In this document: in pieces, positions 6,672 through 10,066 of the stretch
Numbering within the stretch: the first letter of the stretch is position 1
How the letters are laid out: every line of letters starts with the position of its first letter
IMG/VR virus record: IMGVR_UViG_2663763227_000008
Coordinates: 1-10,066 of that record
Direction: 5' to 3' (one strand)
Origin: a virus
Taxonomy: Duplodnaviria > Heunggongvirae > Uroviricota > Caudoviricetes
DNA: 10,066 bases
The notes under the pieces: model-generated
Told to the model about the DNA's origin: nothing
What the model saw: only the letters and a program-made list of their open reading frames with translations
Databases searched by the model: none
Position numbers and translations under genes: made by a program

Positions 6672-7486
6672 GCGAAATTGACTATCAGGCACTGCGTGCT
6701 AAGGCAGAGAAAGCAACGTGTGGTGCGTGGTCGCTCGAATATGGAGAGGGCCGATTTGATGGTGATGATGCGCTAATTCATCGCAAGGCTGCTGGATATA
6801 TTCCCATTTGCAGAATTGAAGGAGCGCATCCAGAAAGCGGTTTCGATGAAGATTTCCAAATGGAACAGCAGGCCAATGCTGAATTCATCGCCGCAGCCAA
6901 TCCGGCTACTGTGCTGGCGCTTCTGGATGAACGGGAAAGAAACCAGCAATACATCAAACGCCGTGACCAGGAGAACGAGGATATTGCTCTTACGGTTGGG
7001 AAGCTGAGAGTTGAGCTTGAGGAAGTAAAACAACACGCTGAAGAATTATCCGAAACCAAGGCTGTTCGTAACCAATGGCGGCCAGATATTTGCCCAATAA
7101 CCGGACGTGCATTTTTCATGTGGATTGAGCATCCAACATTGGGGAATGTGCCGACATATGGTGGCCCATTAGATAGTTACACCATTCCAACAAAGGACGG
7201 TGACGGTGAGTTTTCATGTGAGCGTTACGATCATGATTTTGGCGGTTGGGTAGAAAGCGAATGTCTTGGGTTATATCTGATTGATGATAGAGAACAATGC
7301 AGGGTCTACGAACTGGAGGAACGCGTTAAGGAACTGGATGCTCGGGAAATATCGCTCCCGGAACGTAGCAGCATGCTTCATCGAACAGATTTTCACGATG
7401 ATTACCAAACGGTAATGGCATACAAAGTTTCTGAAGTCATCGATGCAATCCGCGCTACTGGCATTCGCATCAAAGGAGGTGAGTAG
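6668..7486 (+). CDS. Ea22/Ead-like family protein (272 aa)
   Basis: GTG start with SD aaggagg and GTGA overlap with the upstream stop. N-terminus [16 protein letters not shown] and segment LLDERERNQQYIKRRDQENEDIALTVGKLRVELEE resemble Ea22-like prophage proteins from memory; central coiled-coil-like region. Confidence 0.5.
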   Translation: MSEIDYQALRAKAEKATCGAWSLEYGEGRFDGDDALIHRKAAGYIPICRIEGAHPESGFDEDFQMEQQANAEFIAAANPATVLALLDERERNQQYIKRRDQENEDIALTVGKLRVELEEVKQHAEELSETKAVRNQWRPDICPITGRAFFMWIEHPTLGNVPTYGGPLDSYTIPTKDGDGEFSCERYDHDFGGWVESECLGLYLIDDREQCRVYELEERVKELDAREISLPERSSMLHRTDFHDDYQTVMAYKVSEVIDAIRATGIRIKGGE

Positions 7487-7662
7487 TGCGTGTGGCATGT
7501 ATCGGCTTGTTACCGTACCCGACTCGTTTTTGGGCTTCTGCGCTAATTGCAAAGCCACATGTCCTGATGACTGACAACATCATCCCGGCACCAAAGCGCC
7601 GCCATACCGGTATTGCAGCGGCACGACGAGCAGCAAAGAGACGCAGGAGAGCAAAACGATGA
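7486..7662 (+). CDS. Hypothetical small basic protein (58 aa, GTG start), not in ORF track
   Basis: GTG overlaps the upstream TAG; Arg/Lys-rich C-terminus AARRAAKRRRRAKR; its stop overlaps the next ATG (ATGA). Supported only by coupling geometry. Confidence 0.25.
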   Translation: MRVACIGLLPYPTRFWASALIAKPHVLMTDNIIPAPKRRHTGIAAARRAAKRRRRAKR

Positions 7663-7835
7663 AAAACCGTAAAGCAAAATTACTTCTTTTATCGCGTTCG
7701 ACGGGGTACGAGAAGCTACCAATCAGCAATCACAAACGGGCGGTGATCGGCATGTTTGGTAGGGTGGTATTCGCATTTAACTATAAACCCACCGCGTCGC
7801 GTAACAGACGAGAGAAGGGGTACGCAGTGCGATGA
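7659..7835 (+). CDS. Hypothetical small protein (58 aa), N-terminus MKNRKAKLL, not in ORF track
   Basis: ATG overlaps the upstream stop; its first ~20 nt are duplicated at the start of the next ORF (7832). Confidence 0.25.
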   Translation: MKNRKAKLLLLSRSTGYEKLPISNHKRAVIGMFGRVVFAFNYKPTASRNRREKGYAVR

Positions 7836-8023
7836 AAAACCGTAAAGCTAAGATGCTTATCTCCCGTGTATACAGACTTTGCTATCCCAGCCAGTGGTTG
7901 AGAGTTAGCAATCGCTGTGTGGTGTTGTTTTCATTTTCTGGAATTGCCAGAGAGGGAATCAAAGATAAGCGCAGCGCGGCGCAAAACCGCTGGAAAAACC
8001 ACTTGCGCACTAAAGGAGCCTGA
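7832..8023 (+). CDS. Hypothetical small protein (63 aa), N-terminus MKNRKAKML
   Basis: ATG overlaps the upstream stop (ATGA); shares its 5' 19 nt exactly with the start of the previous small ORF. Confidence 0.3.
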   Translation: MKNRKAKMLISRVYRLCYPSQWLRVSNRCVVLFSFSGIAREGIKDKRSAAQNRWKNHLRTKGA

Positions 8024-8024
8024 T

Positions 8025-8234
8025 ATGGCTATTGCCGCAAGTTACACCATGCATCTCTATTGTGATTGCCTCCAGTGTACAGATGGCAAATATAAGTCGC
8101 CAGACTTCGGTGAGTATATAGGTACGTCATGGGCTGGCTGTGCAAAAGAGGCGCGCAAGGATGGCTGGCGAATAAGCAAAGACAAAACGCGTGCTTTTGC
8201 GCCCGGGCATAAAGTTTTGAGGATTAACAAATGA
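8025..8234 (+). CDS. Hypothetical Cys-rich small protein (69 aa; C-x-C-x2-C ... C, possible zinc-binding)
   Basis: SD aaggag 6 nt upstream of ATG 8025; translation MAIAASYTMHLYCDCLQCTDGKYKSPDFGEYIGTSWAGCAKEARKDGW...; the GTG-initiated extension from 7917 is rejected. Confidence 0.45.
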   Translation: MAIAASYTMHLYCDCLQCTDGKYKSPDFGEYIGTSWAGCAKEARKDGWRISKDKTRAFAPGHKVLRINK

Positions 8235-9025
8235 CCACTATAACCAAAGAGCGACTGCTGACAATCAAGCAGTGGCGCGAAACATACGGACCTGGTAGCA
8301 ACGTTGTACTGCCAGCAGAAGAAGCGGAAGAACTGGCACGAATTGCACTGGCATCGCTGGAACGCGAACAGATTCGCCACGAGCATGCCAAATGGTCTGA
8401 CTCCACATTTGGCTGCGTTGGCCCCATTGGTCCACTGAAACACCTCTCAAAAGAGGCTATGGAAACCGCAGCCGAACCAGACGATCTCAGCGAGTGGGCT
8501 GATATGCATTTCCTGTTGTGGGATGCACAGCGCCGTGCTGGCATCAGCGATGCTGAAATTACCGCTGCTATGGAAGATAAATTGAAGATCAACATGGAGC
8601 GCCAGTGGCCTGAACCAAAAGATGGTGAGCCTCGCTTGCACATTAAAGAACCCGGCAACTCTCCGGTAATTCCGGATGATTTATCCACGGTATGCGCTGA
8701 GGCTTATCAGGTTGTAGGAGTTATGGCAGATGCGCTTGGTGTATTCGGTGATGCAGCAGTACAGAAAGTTCTGGATAACCTGTCACAGCAAAAACTTGTT
8801 CACAGAGATGTGCTGCCGTTCTCGCTTCCGGTGACTCCGGATGGTTGGATAAGCTGTAGTGAGCGAATGCCCCCTCAAGATGATTGGATTTTAATTTATT
8901 CAAAGCACGGCGAGTATATGGCAGGACAGGTACAAGGGGAATACGTGGAGTTGAGCGACGGCACTTTATCGTGGTTAGGGAACGCCTTGTTCTGGATGCC
9001 GCTACCAGAACCGCCTCAGGGGTGA
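8231..9025 (+). CDS. DUF550-like (putative dNTP pyrophosphohydrolase-like) N-terminal domain fused to DUF551-like C-terminal domain (264 aa)
   Basis: ATGA overlap with the upstream stop. N-terminal region (MTTITKERLLTIKQWRETYGPGSNVVLPAEEAEELARIA ... WSDSTFG) and C-terminal region (GWISCSERMPP ... WMPLPEPP) resemble these prophage families from memory. Confidence 0.5.
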   Translation: MTTITKERLLTIKQWRETYGPGSNVVLPAEEAEELARIALASLEREQIRHEHAKWSDSTFGCVGPIGPLKHLSKEAMETAAEPDDLSEWADMHFLLWDAQRRAGISDAEITAAMEDKLKINMERQWPEPKDGEPRLHIKEPGNSPVIPDDLSTVCAEAYQVVGVMADALGVFGDAAVQKVLDNLSQQKLVHRDVLPFSLPVTPDGWISCSERMPPQDDWILIYSKHGEYMAGQVQGEYVELSDGTLSWLGNALFWMPLPEPPQG

Positions 9026-9091
9026 AATGATGCTTGGCCTGAAGTATTTTATGTAATTGGTATTGCTATATTTTTATCTGGGGATAAACGA

Positions 9092-9334
9092 ATGTTCTCT
9101 CTGATTCAACGTGGTCAGATATACACCGATAGCGCTGGCTATCCAGTAAAAATCATTCGTAGTACTGATCACTCAGTGTTCTTCAAGAGGATGGATGGCT
9201 ATCCTGGAAGAGTGTGCATCCGAAAATTCAATAATTTATTCGAACACATTGATCACAGAGAATATCACCAGATCCTGGCTGAAACAGAGCAGGAGAACCA
9301 TCTGAAAAAATTACGTGCCATGCAAAGGAGATAA
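9092..9334 (+). CDS. Hypothetical protein (80 aa), possibly DUF4222-like
   Basis: Pattern RGQIYTDSAGYPVKII...SVFFKRMDGYPGRVCIRKFNNLFEHI resembles the G-x-Y-x-D ... V-x-F-x-R-x-G-Y ... C pattern I associate with small prophage DUF4222 proteins; weak SD. Confidence 0.4.
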   Translation: MFSLIQRGQIYTDSAGYPVKIIRSTDHSVFFKRMDGYPGRVCIRKFNNLFEHIDHREYHQILAETEQENHLKKLRAMQRR

Positions 9335-9414
9335 ACCGGTAAAGGTGTTCGCGATAAAGGTGAATATCGACAATGAATAACAATCCTCGCACTCGCGGGG
9401 ATCTCTTTTATCTG

Positions 9415-9440
9415 AACTCGCTACGGCGAGTTTTGTTTTA
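9415..9440 (+). terminator. Intrinsic terminator-like hairpin with U-run, 12 nt upstream of the next start codon
   Basis: aactcgc-tacg-gcgagtt stem-loop followed by ttttgtttta. Confidence 0.5.
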
Positions 9441-9452
9441 TGGAGACAAGAA

Positions 9453-9797
9453 ATGTCAGATTTGGCTATGAAGGTTTTGAAATGGCAATCAACTGGCGAT
9501 GTTGGCATCAGTAGCGCAACTCTTGCCTCAATCGCATGTGGACTGAAAAAGAATATCTATGGTCATCACTTCGGCGCTCCCCATGACGCAGCCGATTTCA
9601 GACGATGCGTTGCACTTGTTGAGCAGATTCCAGAAATCAGAGATTCATTCGACAAGGTTGCAAAGCGCGTTCCGTCATTCAAAGGAATCCTCAACGAATG
9701 GGATTCCCTCGTTGCTCTGTTGAAGTCTGAAATGAAGATACACGGAAACAAAGCACCAGAGACTTACAGAAGAATTAGCGAGTTACGCAAGGACTAA
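9453..9797 (+). CDS. Hypothetical protein (114 aa)
   Basis: SD ggaga upstream of the ATG; no recognisable motif. Confidence 0.5.
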   Translation: MSDLAMKVLKWQSTGDVGISSATLASIACGLKKNIYGHHFGAPHDAADFRRCVALVEQIPEIRDSFDKVAKRVPSFKGILNEWDSLVALLKSEMKIHGNKAPETYRRISELRKD

Positions 9798-9834
9798 CGC
9801 CTCACACTCGATGAGGCCTGTACATATCTGATAG

Positions 9835-9856
9835 AGCCGCTATATGGCGGTTTTTT
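9835..9856 (+). terminator. Weak intrinsic terminator (short GC stem plus T6), preceded by a second hairpin at 9799-9817
   Basis: ccgc-tatatg-gcgg followed by tttttt; upstream hairpin gcctca-cactcga-tgaggc has no U-run. Confidence 0.35.
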
Positions 9857-9874
9857 ATTGCCTGGAGAATTAAG

Positions 9875-10066
9875 ATGACCAATACCAGCCTGATTCCTGA
9901 GAAAGAAGTGATGAACAAGCTCGGTGTTTCATCACGTCAGACAATCTGGAACTATACCAAACGGCACGGATTTCCGAAGCCAGTCAGAACCCACCCCAAA
10001 TCATACCTTCGTGAAGCTGTTGAAGGGTGGATTCTTAACGGTGGCGTTAATCAGAAATGCTCCTGA
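9875..10066 (+). CDS. xis: Excisionase / AlpA-family HTH DNA-binding protein (63 aa), stop codon at the last base of the window
   Basis: SD ggaga upstream; translation LIPEKEVMNKLGVSSRQTIWNYTKRHGFPKPVR...YLREAVEGWI fits the excisionase/AlpA HTH pattern; terminal position in the pL operon is where xis precedes int. Confidence 0.6.
   Translation: MTNTSLIPEKEVMNKLGVSSRQTIWNYTKRHGFPKPVRTHPKSYLREAVEGWILNGGVNQKCS

Noticed and set aside
6773-7119. Minus-strand ORFs 6773-7036 and 6778-7119 opposite the Ea22-like gene
   Set aside because: Antisense to a plus-strand gene within a tightly coupled operon; Ser/Cys-rich low-complexity translations; no SD.
7271-7558. 95-aa minus-strand ORF
   Set aside because: Antisense to the 3' end of the Ea22-like gene and the coupled small ORFs; no start context.
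8057-8688. Minus-strand ORFs 8057-8443, 8224-8688, 8265-8450, 8447-8641
   Set aside because: All antisense to the Cys-rich and DUF550/551-like genes; Ser/Ala-rich low-complexity translations typical of antisense frames.

Overview
This window reads as the immunity region plus early-left (pL) operon of a lambdoid prophage, oriented so that cro is on the minus strand and cI and everything downstream of it on the plus strand. Left to right: the 5' part of a cII-like gene (minus), a PRE-type TTGC-N6-TTGC site, a nutR-type boxB, cro, the three OR operators with divergent PR/PRM, cI, an intrinsic terminator, a ~1.3 kb insert where phage lambda carries rexA-rexB, OL/pL, a nutL boxB hairpin, an N-family antiterminator, then a tightly packed, largely translationally coupled string of early genes (CIII-like, Erf, SSB-like, several small unknowns, Ea22-like, DUF550/DUF551-like) ending in an excisionase-like gene at the window edge. 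cI, cro and the operators are lambda-type, while N, both boxB loops (GACAA) and Erf are P22-type, so the phage is a mosaic. The most interesting object is the insert between cI and OL: a single 347-aa ParA/MinD-type ATPase gene with an unusual Walker A, preceded by five 19-bp direct repeats at exact period and bracketed by intrinsic terminators. I read it as a candidate lysogen-expressed exclusion/defence module; that is an inference from position and motifs. All family assignments are from reading the translations and from memory of reference proteins; no database search was run.
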